Positions 49,648 through 60,138 are shown, counted from the stretch's first letter. The stretch: DNA of 64,000 nucleotides from Cyanobacteria bacterium P01_F01_bin.150 (GCA_039189765.1 JBCCYL010000016.1:1-64000); one strand, 5' to 3'. Program-made: numbers and translations. The notes: generated by a model not told the origin, from the sequence alone.

Positions 49648-49896
49648 ATGACCACTTCCATCGTTGAAGGGAAAACAGTTCATGCCATTGAAGATCGGCT
49701 AGAGATTGCCATTTCTCAAGCCCATGAGGCATGCAGTATCGATTCCCACTCTCCCGGTTGTGCTACAGCTTGGGATATTGTCGAAGAACTCCAGGCAGAG
49801 ATTGCGCATAGACGCCAAAATAAACCCATGAATGCATTTGAGCGTTATTGTCATGAAAATCCGGATGCTGATGAATGTCGCATATATGATGTTTAG
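49648..49896 (+). CDS. cp12: Calvin cycle regulator CP12
   Basis: Two Cys pairs, AWDIVEEL core, YCHENPDADECRIYD. Confidence 0.92.
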   Translation: MTTSIVEGKTVHAIEDRLEIAISQAHEACSIDSHSPGCATAWDIVEELQAEIAHRRQNKPMNAFERYCHENPDADECRIYDV

Positions 49897-50609
49897 ACGC
49901 TAAAGCATTCTCCGATGATGAGGACGCATTCGTTTTACTCATCTTCCGAGAAGTTGTTATGTGGGTATTCATATAAGGGGAGTGAGAGTACACAATAGCT
50001 CTCACTCCCCTATTCTTTAAATTGTTTTATCGTAGAAACTTTCCTCAACAGAAGACAGGGGAAAGTTTTTCTATTTAAGCGTTGTACAGTTCTGTGCCTT
50101 TGTGTTGAGGTATCGGATAGGCAAGTTTCTCTCAATCAACGGGGGAAACTTGCTTAAATCTGGATCCGCAGAATTATATGACGTTTGCCACTTTGGCTAG
50201 AACATTACTGACCGATTAATCAGCGAAGTCTAACAAGGCTTTTGTCTTAATCAGAGTGTCTACCACCATACATAATCAGTACATGAAGCGCAAAACACTA
50301 TGCTAATGAAAATGGCTGTAATTACTTAATTAATTTATTTATTTTATACTTACAATTCGCAATCCTACTGTGTCAGGCCAGGCAAGTTTCTTTTACCTTG
50401 AAGAAGTCAAATCGGGCATCTTTATCTTAAAAATACATTTATTCGTATATAAAAGTGTATTTCTAAGCGAAAAAAATAATATTCAAGGCCATCCCAAGAA
50501 CAATTACCTATGGGGGACTTTAACCTCATTTAGCACGCGAAGAATTTTATGGGTAATTAATAATACTTGAAAATCAAGGATTGACACTCCCTCTTTAGGA
50601 GAAGGAACT

Positions 50610-51647
50610 ATGACAAAAGTTGGTAACCCCCGTCGGGGCACATTTATTCCGTTCTTAATGCGGGTTCCAGATGGAATGGTAATGTCAGGGGAGGATGCTA
50701 TTCGTCCTTCTGTTAATTCTGCCGAATACCAGCATGCGGAAGAACGGTTTGATAAGGGAATTTTATACTATCAGAAAGGGGCCTATCAACCTGCAATCAT
50801 GGCCTTTCAAGATGCTCTAGAGTGTTACCAAATAGGACAAGATTTGCCAGGGCAAGCAAAAGCATGGGTTGGGTTAGGGTTGACATCTTACGCGATGCAA
50901 GAGTACCACGAAGCGATCGCCTTCTCTAACCATGGCTTGACCATTGCTCGAACAATTGATGATAGCTGGACCGAACGGCAAGCGCTAAGCAACCTGGGCA
51001 ATGCCTATCGTCACTTGTCCAATTACGACCGGGCATTGGACTATAAAAAACAAACCTTATGCTTAGCCCAAAGCCTTAAGGATTTACCCAACCAAGCTGC
51101 CGCTTGGAGTAATTTAGGCATGTTGTACAAGGCGATGGGCGAAGATCGACAGGCTATTGACTGCTATGAAGAAAGCCTGGCGATTGCTCATCAACTGGGC
51201 GATCGCCAGATTGAACGGCAAGTGTTGCAAAATTTGGGCAATGTGCATCATAAGTTAGGAGAACATGAGCACACTATCACCTGCTATGAAAAGCTGCTAT
51301 GTCTGGTGCGGGCTAGCGGTGACCAATGGGCTGAAATGCGGATTTTAAAGAGCCTGGGGAGTGCTTACTACATCGTCAAAAACTATGCAAAGTCTATTGC
51401 CTTTCACCAGAAGCGCTTAATACTGGCTCGCATGCTCCAAGAGCCCAATCAAGAAATTCAGGCCCTTGGTATGCTGGGGACCATTCATCAATCCATCGGC
51501 AAATATACAGAAGCCATTACTTACCATGAACAACAGTTAGGACTAGCTCAAAAGCTCAACCAGCTTCAGGTTGTCCATAAGACTCGGGTAAATCTAAGAA
51601 ATATTTGCTGCTTAGTCGGTGATTTTGAACGGGCGGGGCAATATTAG
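50610..51647 (+). CDS. Tetratricopeptide repeat protein
   Basis: About seven TPR-like repeats (NLGNAY..A..Y). Confidence 0.88.
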   Translation: MTKVGNPRRGTFIPFLMRVPDGMVMSGEDAIRPSVNSAEYQHAEERFDKGILYYQKGAYQPAIMAFQDALECYQIGQDLPGQAKAWVGLGLTSYAMQEYHEAIAFSNHGLTIARTIDDSWTERQALSNLGNAYRHLSNYDRALDYKKQTLCLAQSLKDLPNQAAAWSNLGMLYKAMGEDRQAIDCYEESLAIAHQLGDRQIERQVLQNLGNVHHKLGEHEHTITCYEKLLCLVRASGDQWAEMRILKSLGSAYYIVKNYAKSIAFHQKRLILARMLQEPNQEIQALGMLGTIHQSIGKYTEAITYHEQQLGLAQKLNQLQVVHKTRVNLRNICCLVGDFERAGQY

Positions 51648-51709
51648 CGAAGGAGTTAAGAAATTGTTCACTACTTATTGCTAAAGCCCATTTCTTCCGG
51701 GATTCAACT

Positions 51710-54700
51710 ATGTACTATCAAGTTGGCGGTAGCCTTGCAAGCAATGCCCCGTGCTATATTCCCCGTTCGTCTGATATGGAGCTGTATCAAGCGCTTCGAC
51801 GGGGAGATTTTTGCTATGTGCTCAACTCTCGTCAAATGGGCAAATCTTCCTTGATGGTCAGAACTCGAGCACGGCTTCAGCAAGAGGGCGATCGCTGCAC
51901 GATTGTCGATATGAGCAACGTTGGTAGCGAAAATATCACTTCTCTTCAGTGGTACAAGGGTGTAATAAAAGATATATTTCGGGGCTTTAAACTTCGTCGC
52001 AGGGTGGATTTTAATGCTTGGTGGGATAAGAAAACTGAGCTTTCTTTGCCTCAACGCTTTAGCCAGTTTATTCAGGATATTTTGTTGCCCCAGTTCCCTG
52101 AAGATAATCTTGTTATTTTTCTTGATGAGATTGACAGTATTTTAAGTTTACCTTTTGCTGTAGATGATTTTTTTGCTGTGATTCGGTATTGCTATAATCA
52201 GCGAGCCATTAATCCTGCTTATCATCGCATTCAGTTTGCCATTGTAGGTGTAGCTACTCCAGCAGATTTAATTCGCGATCGCCAGCGCACCCCTTTCAAT
52301 ATTGGTACCCCTATTCCTTTGGAGGGATTTACCCTCGACCAATGTAATCCTCTAATTGATGGGTTAACCATTCCTCATTGTAATATCTCCAATATTCTTC
52401 AGGAAATTCTAAATTGGACAAACGGTCAACCTTTTCTAACTCAGAAACTCTGCCAGTTGGTCCTATCAGCTAGTCAAGATACAGTCGCTGACAATCTAAT
52501 CATCCCGCCAGGCCAAGAAGCCCATTGGGTCAAAAATATTGTCAAAGAGAAACTAATGGCAGATTGGGAATATCAAGACGAACCCGAACACCTGCGCACC
52601 ATCCGTAATCGACTTTTAAACCGCCCTGACCGGGCTGGACGACTGCTTGGCATCTATCAGCAGATTCTGACCGTGACCTCCCCTGCTTCTCCCCTCCCCT
52701 GCTCCTCAACATCCCTGCTTCCCGGTTCCCCTGTCCGTGCCGATAACAGTCCTGAACAAACTGAATTGCTGTTGTCTGGTCTGGTGATAAAACAAAATGG
52801 CATCCTAAAGGTCAAAAATCGCCTGTACGCCCTAGTGTTTGATGCTGCATGGGTGGAAGAACAGTTGAACAATTTGCGGCCCTATTCCCACGTTTTGTCT
52901 GCGTGGGTTGAGTCCGGACAAACGGATGAATCACGGCTCCTGCGAGGAAATGCCCTAAAGGATGCACAACAGTGGGCGCAAGGGAAACAGCTCAGCGATT
53001 TGGATCATCAGTTTCTGGCAGCGTCAATGGAAAGCGATCGCCGTCAAGAACAACAGGCATTGGAAGCAGCAAGGGTGGAAGCCCTAGAAGCGCAGTTAAT
53101 GCAAGAACAGAAGACAGCGCAAATTCAACGTCGCTCTTTAAAGATGGTGAGTGGGGCATTATGTCTTGTATTGGGGTTGGGGCTGGTTACCTTTTGGCAA
53201 TATCGTATGGCCCGCACCAGTGAGCTGAATGCTCGTCTCAGTGCCATTAGGGCACTGGCCTCTTCTGCTGAAGGCAATTTTGATTCCCATCGTCACCTTG
53301 ATGCCTTACTGCAAGTTATTCAAGCAAAGGAGAGGCTAGAACTCCTACGTCAGGAATCTCCCGATCTCGCCGATACGGAGCTGCCCAAACACGTTGAATC
53401 AGTCCTACGACGTGTGGTTTACGGTGCAGAAGAAGGCAACCGCATCACCACAGAAACTGGCATACGCGCCGTAGCGATCGCTCCCAATAATCGCTTTATT
53501 GCTGCAGCGGGAGCGGATGGCACGATTTATCGTTGGTCCATCAATGGCCAACCCCAACCTTCAATCCCAGACGCCCACATCACAGAAATTAATACCATCG
53601 CCATCAGTCCAGATAGTAAATGGATTGCTTCAGGGTCTGCCGACAAAACGGTCAAGCTTTGGCATCAAGATAATCGTTTGTATAAACAATTGGGGACTCA
53701 TCCTGAAGGCATTCGTAGAGTTTTATTTACGGGGGATGGGCGTTTGGTCTCCGTTGGTGGGGGGCTGATTCGTCTTTGGACGTTTGACGGCGAAATGATT
53801 AATGAATGGCATGGACCTGAAGCGATCGCTATAAATACTCAAAATCAAACCCTTGCGGTATTTATTCCAGGAGATAGACGAGGGAGCAGAGTAAGGAATA
53901 GACCAGACAATAGACAAGGCAATACTTCAAACAGTCGCCCAGACACTGGTCCAGACAATAATCCAGAGGATGTTCAGCATCGATTGATTACATACAGCCT
54001 AGACAATCTAGAGCACAGTCCTTTGAGCGAAGTGACTATCGAATCACCTCCTGCCCGTATGGCGTTTAGTCCTGATGGTAAGCACTTGGTCTTTACCGAT
54101 CAGAATCACCAGCTAAACATTATGTCAGTAAATAGCGACGGACAGTTACGCCTTGGCCCAACAGCAGCAGCCCATACGGTCTTAATTCGTAACATTGATA
54201 TCAGTGCAGATAGCCAATTTATTACTACGGCATCAGCCGATAATACGCTTAAACTATGGGATATGAATGGAACCCTACTTCGTATATTTGAGGGGCACCA
54301 GGCCGTTGTTTGGCATTCCGTCTTTTTTCCAAAGAATGATGCAGATTCCGCAGAGGCAGACCAACGTATCCTTTCTGCTGCCGATGATGGCACTTTGAGA
54401 ATCTGGCAATGGCAGGTTCCCTGGCTGACTCGTCTCTCAACCGAAAGTCGCCGCATTCGGCGGGTAGCTTTTAGCCCCGATGGGCAGCATATTGCAGCCG
54501 CAAGCCAAGAGTTAGCCTTACTCCATGGACTTACTAATAGTGGGGCCTTAAACTCCATTCCGACAAAAGACGCACTGTTTAGTTTGGCATTTAGTCCTGA
54601 TGGCCAAGAAATTGCGACAGGGGCTAGAAATGGAACAATGTCCATTTGGCCTATCGCCTCAGAGGCCGAAGACTTTGACAAACAGTCTCTAGAAGAATTT

Positions 54701-55579
54701 CATGGGCCAGGAACAGTCTGGGGGGTTGCTTTTAGCGCCGATGGCCGGTGGATAGCTTCAGCGTCAGAAGATACGACTATCAAGCTATGGTCCCGTGACG
54801 GCACTTTAGTGCAAACCTTGAGTGGCCATCGTGAAGCGATGCGAGATGTCGTCTTTAGCCCTGACAGTCGTTTCTTAGCCTCCAGTTCTACCGATGGCAC
54901 CATTAACTTATGGCCTATTTCATCGTCCACGCCAAACCGTAATCAAGGGCAACAGCCCAGCCGCCTTGCACAATCGTCACCAATTGCGACAAAGGTTAAA
55001 ACCTTTACTAATCAGCAAGGGAGTATCAGAGGACTGACATTTAGCCCCAATGGTCGTTTTCTGGCAGCAGGAACAGTCAATAACAGCATTAACATTTGGA
55101 ATATTGATGACCCAAGAGAGCCAACATACATCATTCCCCGATTTTGGCGCAATGGCGATCGCGGAGATGGTCATCGTGGCGCAATTTGGGATGTGGCCTT
55201 TAGCTCGGATGGTCAGCTTCTCGCCTCTGCTTCGCTGGATGGCACAGTCAAAATATGGGCGATGCCTGAGGCAATTGCTCAATCTTCAACCCCAGCATCT
55301 CCTTCAACCTCTCACCCTGATACACCACATTTAGTCAGAACCCTAACAGGACATGATGGCCCGGTGCGAGGAGTTGCCTTTAGTCCAGATGGACAAACGC
55401 TTGCCTCCGCTAGTGATGACAGAAATTTAATTCTATGGCAGCTAGACACGATCCTAGGCGAGGATGAACTCAATTATGCCTGCCGGTGGATCGATGATTA
55501 TTGGCACTATCAACTCCAGCCACAAGCTTTAGCTGATACGAGCCTCTCTCCACCAGAGATTTGTGGCTACTTCGACTAA
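51710..55579 (+). CDS. AAA_35-type NTPase with a TM helix and WD40 repeats
   Basis: NSRQMGKSS (Walker A), FLDEID (Walker B), GQPFLTQKLC; many GH..VAFSPDG..W repeats. Confidence 0.9.
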   Translation: MYYQVGGSLASNAPCYIPRSSDMELYQALRRGDFCYVLNSRQMGKSSLMVRTRARLQQEGDRCTIVDMSNVGSENITSLQWYKGVIKDIFRGFKLRRRVDFNAWWDKKTELSLPQRFSQFIQDILLPQFPEDNLVIFLDEIDSILSLPFAVDDFFAVIRYCYNQRAINPAYHRIQFAIVGVATPADLIRDRQRTPFNIGTPIPLEGFTLDQCNPLIDGLTIPHCNISNILQEILNWTNGQPFLTQKLCQLVLSASQDTVADNLIIPPGQEAHWVKNIVKEKLMADWEYQDEPEHLRTIRNRLLNRPDRAGRLLGIYQQILTVTSPASPLPCSSTSLLPGSPVRADNSPEQTELLLSGLVIKQNGILKVKNRLYALVFDAAWVEEQLNNLRPYSHVLSAWVESGQTDESRLLRGNALKDAQQWAQGKQLSDLDHQFLAASMESDRRQEQQALEAARVEALEAQLMQEQKTAQIQRRSLKMVSGALCLVLGLGLVTFWQYRMARTSELNARLSAIRALASSAEGNFDSHRHLDALLQVIQAKERLELLRQESPDLADTELPKHVESVLRRVVYGAEEGNRITTETGIRAVAIAPNNRFIAAAGADGTIYRWSINGQPQPSIPDAHITEINTIAISPDSKWIASGSADKTVKLWHQDNRLYKQLGTHPEGIRRVLFTGDGRLVSVGGGLIRLWTFDGEMINEWHGPEAIAINTQNQTLAVFIPGDRRGSRVRNRPDNRQGNTSNSRPDTGPDNNPEDVQHRLITYSLDNLEHSPLSEVTIESPPARMAFSPDGKHLVFTDQNHQLNIMSVNSDGQLRLGPTAAAHTVLIRNIDISADSQFITTASADNTLKLWDMNGTLLRIFEGHQAVVWHSVFFPKNDADSAEADQRILSAADDGTLRIWQWQVPWLTRLSTESRRIRRVAFSPDGQHIAAASQELALLHGLTNSGALNSIPTKDALFSLAFSPDGQEIATGARNGTMSIWPIASEAEDFDKQSLEEFHGPGTVWGVAFSADGRWIASASEDTTIKLWSRDGTLVQTLSGHREAMRDVVFSPDSRFLASSSTDGTINLWPISSSTPNRNQGQQPSRLAQSSPIATKVKTFTNQQGSIRGLTFSPNGRFLAAGTVNNSINIWNIDDPREPTYIIPRFWRNGDRGDGHRGAIWDVAFSSDGQLLASASLDGTVKIWAMPEAIAQSSTPASPSTSHPDTPHLVRTLTGHDGPVRGVAFSPDGQTLASASDDRNLILWQLDTILGEDELNYACRWIDDYWHYQLQPQALADTSLSPPEICGYFD

Positions 55580-55671
55580 GGCTATTTCTTGAAATAAATA
55601 TACCAACAACGATGGGTTACACTGTCGCTAACCCATCCTACAAGCGGTAAATTCTTTTCCAGAAATAGCCT
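55579..55671. mobile_element. MITE-like element with 15-bp TIRs enclosing a GTAG-type REP hairpin
   Basis: AGGCTATTTCTTGAA..TTCCAGAAATAGCCT; the minus strand of 55611-55641 reads GTAGGATGGGTTAGCGACAGTGTAACCCATC. Confidence 0.65.
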
Positions 55672-55722
55672 AATGTCAGGTTGAGGTTGACATCAGTTAG
55701 CAGACATTATGCATCAATGTAT

Positions 55723-55802
55723 GGGGATCAACTTTAGACAGGTAGTGTGGGCGCGTTGCGCCCACACTACCGTTAATTTTGGTTCGTCTTAAAACGAAAC
55801 CC
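55723..55802 (+). mobile_element. Family-A MITE-like element with a target-site duplication
   Basis: 80 bp; stem GGTAGTGTGGGCGC..GCGCCCACACTACC; AATGTAT on both flanks. Confidence 0.8.
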
Positions 55803-56100
55803 AATGTATTAATGAGACCATTTCTTAATCTATGCGTCTTGTCGCAAATGAATGACCGTCGGTGATCGCCAATAGTTGCTTTCTAAAGGGCAGGACTTAA
55901 CGAAACAGGAATCCACAAATCCCAGCCGTCTTGCCATTTCACTGCCATTTTCAAAGTCATGATGAATGGAATGATGGAGTACTGCTCGAAGAGTTGTAGG
56001 CTGTCTATTTTTCATGGCTGATTTCATCCGATTAATAAATGTGTTTTAAATTATTAAACTGAATTAGGGCATCAACTTTAGGCCATCCTATTGAACCATT

Positions 56101-56955
56101 CTATCCTTTGACACCGCTGCCAGCTTCAGTAGGGACGATATAGCGCTGCATAAATGAAAAGAAAGTCAAAATCGGCGTAATCGAAATCACTGACCCAGCC
56201 GCAATCAACCTCCAATCCAGGGAAAAGGCCCCAGCTAATTTAGCGACACCCAATGGCAACGTATAGTATTCGGGCTGATCTAGCAGGATTAATGGCCATA
56301 GAAAATCACTCCAAGCTCCGATAAACACAAAAATTGCCAGGGTAACAAGGGCCGGACGAATAGATGGCAGCATAACAAACCACCAAATGCCTAGCTCAGA
56401 ACATCCATCCATGCGTGCCGCTTCTTCTAATTCTTTGGGCACCCCTTGGAACGCCTGACGTAGTAGAAAAATACCAAACGCAGAGGCAATCGCTGGAAAG
56501 ATTAAGCCTAAATAGCTATTTCTCAATCCCAAATTGACCGCCAAAATATATAGTGGAATCATTACAATTTGAAACGGAATTAGGATGGTGGTTACAGTTA
56601 GAGTAAATAAAGCATCACGTCCCCGAAACTCCAATCTTGCTAGTGGATAAGCCGCTAGTGAGCATACTAGTAAATTCAGCATCACTGTCAATACAGCCAC
56701 CAACGTGCTGTTAAACAGATATCGGCCAAATGGGTTGGTCTGCCAAACTCTGACAAAGTTAGAAAAGGTCGGCGATTCGGGCCAAAGTTGGGGAGGAAAC
56801 TGAAAAATATCCTCCGTAGGTGCTTTGAATGCCGTGCTAATCAACCATAGCAAAGGGAGGAGCATAAAAAATGCGATCGCTCCCAATACAATATAGTTGG
56901 TTATGCTTTTGAAGATTCCTTTATAATAGGTATCATACTGATTGTTGACAATCAC
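56101..56955 (-). CDS. Carbohydrate ABC transporter permease (MalG-like)
   Basis: LAAYPLAR, ELEEAARMDG and WSDFLWP motifs. Confidence 0.92.
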   Translation of the reverse strand: MIVNNQYDTYYKGIFKSITNYIVLGAIAFFMLLPLLWLISTAFKAPTEDIFQFPPQLWPESPTFSNFVRVWQTNPFGRYLFNSTLVAVLTVMLNLLVCSLAAYPLARLEFRGRDALFTLTVTTILIPFQIVMIPLYILAVNLGLRNSYLGLIFPAIASAFGIFLLRQAFQGVPKELEEAARMDGCSELGIWWFVMLPSIRPALVTLAIFVFIGAWSDFLWPLILLDQPEYYTLPLGVAKLAGAFSLDWRLIAAGSVISITPILTFFSFMQRYIVPTEAGSGVKG

Positions 56956-57417
56956 TTGCTTTGCCTCTTTTCGCTCACTTGCCGATATAAACGAAATCTA
57001 CCGATTGCTGGACAGTAAACTGCTTCACTAAGTTTGAGCCTACTCAAAAACAGGGTCTTTGGGGCCATTAAACCGTCCATACAGCATAGTTCCTCTATCC
57101 CTCATTCTCAAGCATGTCGCGATTAGGCTAAGTGTAGAAGCACAGAATAAAAGACTCCAGACTCTTCATAATTTAGCCTCTCCACATCAAGGCCCCTCAG
57201 GATAGAAAAGAGATAATTGTGGAGAATAAGTGTTTAGCCTTTAGATCGTTAACATTCGAGTTATTTAGGGTACATTGAGGCTATCTGGGTGCATTGGATG
57301 ACAAAAGTAAGATAATTGACCCCTAACCACTCAGTCTTGAGTGACAATGTAGGGTGAAATCTTCCATGCTTGAGGTATTTCTAATTCATTTTGAGTCAAG
57401 CTCATAGACATCTGACT

Positions 57418-58032
57418 ATGGACCCATACAGTACAGCAGTTCTTCTGATTGGTTTTCAAAACGACTATTTTGCGCCAGACGGTATTTTACACAGCGTTAT
57501 CGAAGCCTCGGCGACAACGGTCAAAACAGTTGAGCATACAACAAAGCTACTCCGTTCTCTTATGGGTTCGGGCGTGCTAGTTATTTCTACGCCCATTTTC
57601 TTCACATCGAGTTACGAAGAACTGGTTGAGCCTGTTGGTATTCTCAAAACCATCAAAGAAGTGGGGGCCTTCCAAAAAGATGGGAGGGGGTCAGAAACTA
57701 TTGCGGAGTTTGGGCCGTTTAGGGAGCAGATTCTTGAGATCCCCGGAAAACGAGGTCTAAATGCCTTTATCAACACAAACTTAAACGATATTCTACGGCA
57801 GAGAGATATCACCCAATTAGTTATTGCGGGAGCAGTAACGTCTGTGTGCATTGACTCTACAGGGCGCTCTGCTTATGAGCAAGGGTATCAAGTATCAGTT
57901 TTGAGTGACTGTACCTCGGCTCGAACCACCTTCGAGCAAGAATTTTATTTTGAAAATGTGTTCCCCCTGTATGCGAAGCCAATGTCCTCGTTAGAGCTAT
58001 TAGAACAGCTACGTATTCCAGCCCTATGCTAG
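57418..58032 (+). CDS. Isochorismatase-family cysteine hydrolase with an atypical active site
   Basis: LLIGFQNDY, KRGLNAF, GAVTSVCIDSTGRSA, VLSDCT. Confidence 0.85.
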   Translation: MDPYSTAVLLIGFQNDYFAPDGILHSVIEASATTVKTVEHTTKLLRSLMGSGVLVISTPIFFTSSYEELVEPVGILKTIKEVGAFQKDGRGSETIAEFGPFREQILEIPGKRGLNAFINTNLNDILRQRDITQLVIAGAVTSVCIDSTGRSAYEQGYQVSVLSDCTSARTTFEQEFYFENVFPLYAKPMSSLELLEQLRIPALC

Positions 58033-59447
58033 AGCTTGATGCCAATAATGAATTAAATACGCAGATTCAATATCGCTTAATAGAGAAACTTACCCAGTCA
58101 GAACGACGGTATCGTGAGCTGGTAGAAAATCTTCGGGAGATCGTCTTTGAGTGCGATTGCCATGGAACTCTCTCATTTCTCAATCAAGCCTGGGCCGAAA
58201 CCCTTGGCTATCCAACATCAGAGTCGCTTGGCAAAGACTTGGGAGATTTTGTGCATCCTACTAATATTGGCCAATGGCAAGCGGCCCTCTGCTGTCAGGC
58301 CGATACAAATATGGTGCTGCAATTTGTCCATCAAGATGGGCAATATCTGTGGTTAGAACTCTCTATGCGTCCCTCTGCCAAAGAAGATTGGTCTGGGTCC
58401 CTTATTGACATCACTGAACGCAGACAAGCTGCGCAGATTCTCCAAAAAGCGAATGAGGCATTAGAAGACAGGGTCAGGCGACGCACTGCCGAACTCATTC
58501 AGGCTAATCATGACTTAACTCAAGCCCTCCAGGAGTTGAGGTGTACCCAAGGACAACTAATTCAAACAGAGAAGATGTCTAGCCTGGGGCAGTTGGTTGC
58601 AGGTATTGCCCATGAGATCAATAATCCTATTAGCTTTGTGTATGGAAATTTGGATCCGGCTCAGAGCTATACTCATGATTTATTGTATATTTTAGAGCTT
58701 TATCAAATTTGCTACCCGGAACCAGATCCTATTATTCAAGCAACATTAAAAAAACTGGATATTGATTTTCTTAAAACGGATTTTCCAAAGCTGATTGAAT
58801 CTATGCGAATGGGTAGCCAGCGGATTCAAGACATTGTTTTATCCCTGCGTAATTTCTCCCGCTTAGATGAATCCGAAGTTAAAATCGTTAATATTCATGA
58901 GGGTATTGACAATACATTACTTATTCTCAATGGTCGTCTGAAGGCGAATTGTCATACTGAAGCTATTCAACTAATAAAGGTTTACGGGCCTTTGCCGCTA
59001 GTTGAATGTTTTCCAGGGGAATTGAATCAAGTATTTATGAATATATTGTCGAATGCTATTGATGCATTAGAAGAGGGCCAAGAATTACTGGTCTCTACCA
59101 TCGATGATTCATTACAGCCTTCTCAAAACAATGCAATAGGCGAAGCTGTAAGCCAGAGCTTACTGGAAAAGCGACCGACCATTACTATCAAGACTGAAGT
59201 CTGTGGCGATCGCGTCATTGTTACTATTGCCGACAATGGTCCTGGCATCTCCGCTAATAATAGATCAAAGCTATTCGATCCTTTCTTTACCACTAAACCT
59301 GCTGGCAAAGGGACTGGCCTTGGTCTTTCGATTAGCCATAAGATTATTACTGAACGGCATAAAGGAACAATCGAATGTGACTCAGTTCTTGATCAAGGCA
59401 CTACATTTACAATTCAGATTCCGGCTCGTATTTGCCCATCCTTATAG
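58026..59447 (+). CDS. PAS-domain sensor histidine kinase
   Basis: PAS domain; GIAHEINNP H-box; N, G1, F and G2 boxes. Confidence 0.92.
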   Translation: MLELDANNELNTQIQYRLIEKLTQSERRYRELVENLREIVFECDCHGTLSFLNQAWAETLGYPTSESLGKDLGDFVHPTNIGQWQAALCCQADTNMVLQFVHQDGQYLWLELSMRPSAKEDWSGSLIDITERRQAAQILQKANEALEDRVRRRTAELIQANHDLTQALQELRCTQGQLIQTEKMSSLGQLVAGIAHEINNPISFVYGNLDPAQSYTHDLLYILELYQICYPEPDPIIQATLKKLDIDFLKTDFPKLIESMRMGSQRIQDIVLSLRNFSRLDESEVKIVNIHEGIDNTLLILNGRLKANCHTEAIQLIKVYGPLPLVECFPGELNQVFMNILSNAIDALEEGQELLVSTIDDSLQPSQNNAIGEAVSQSLLEKRPTITIKTEVCGDRVIVTIADNGPGISANNRSKLFDPFFTTKPAGKGTGLGLSISHKIITERHKGTIECDSVLDQGTTFTIQIPARICPSL

Positions 59448-59452
59448 CCTCA

Positions 59453-59550
59453 TAAGCAGGTGGACATAATTAATTTAATGAAAATCGGGGTGGGTGGGGC
59501 GCCCCGCGGGCCCCCACACCCCGATAAAAATAATTTTGTCTGGGTGCTTA
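59453..59550. mobile_element. MITE-like element (family D)
   Basis: Imperfect TIR TAAGCAGGTGGACA..TGTCTGGGTGCTTA with TA ends; central ATCGGGGTG..CACCCCGAT hairpin. Confidence 0.6.
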
Positions 59551-59561
59551 TACCTATAGGC

Positions 59562-59642
59562 TGGTTCCGTTTTGGAGCAAAATAGATTAACGATGGTGTA
59601 AGCACGAAGTGCCCACACCATCCGCCTAAAGAGGGTCCCCCC
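59562..59642 (-). mobile_element. Diverged family-A element
   Basis: Reverse complement reads CTTTAGGCG-GATGGTGTGGGCAC..GTGCTTACACCATC-GTTAAT..AAAACGGAACC. Confidence 0.6.
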
Positions 59643-59655
59643 ATCGGCAATTCCT

Positions 59656-60138
59656 CTAATAGTTCTTCATTGCTCGTTCAATGTCACGCTTGGCATCTTT
59701 CTTCTTCAAATCCTCCCGTTTGTCATGGAGCTTCTTACCCTTTGCTAATGCAATAGAAACTTTAACCCATCCTTTTTTGAGATAGAGCTTTAGAGGAACT
59801 AGGGTCAATCCTTTTTGTTCTACCTGTCCGATTAACTTATTAATTTCTTGCTTATGGAGCAACAGTTTACGCTCTCGACGGGGTTCATGGTTAAACACTT
59901 GGGTTGTTGTTGTGCAGGGGGAAATATGAATATTCTGAAGCCAAGCCTCTCCACGACGAATTACAGTAAATCCATCTTTCAGATTGACCCGTCCCTGACG
60001 AATCGATTTCACTTCAGTGCCTAAAAGTTCGATACCCGCTTCATAAGTTTCCAAAATATGATACAAGTGGCGAGCCTGCCGATTATCCGCCAGCACTTTT
60101 TGACCAGGAGGCGATTTAGTTTTCTTTGCTTTTGCCAT
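59656..60138 (-). CDS. smpB: SsrA-binding protein
   Basis: [31 protein letters not shown] and GKKLHDKRE motifs. Confidence 0.97.
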   Translation of the reverse strand: MAKAKKTKSPPGQKVLADNRQARHLYHILETYEAGIELLGTEVKSIRQGRVNLKDGFTVIRRGEAWLQNIHISPCTTTTQVFNHEPRRERKLLLHKQEINKLIGQVEQKGLTLVPLKLYLKKGWVKVSIALAKGKKLHDKREDLKKKDAKRDIERAMKNY

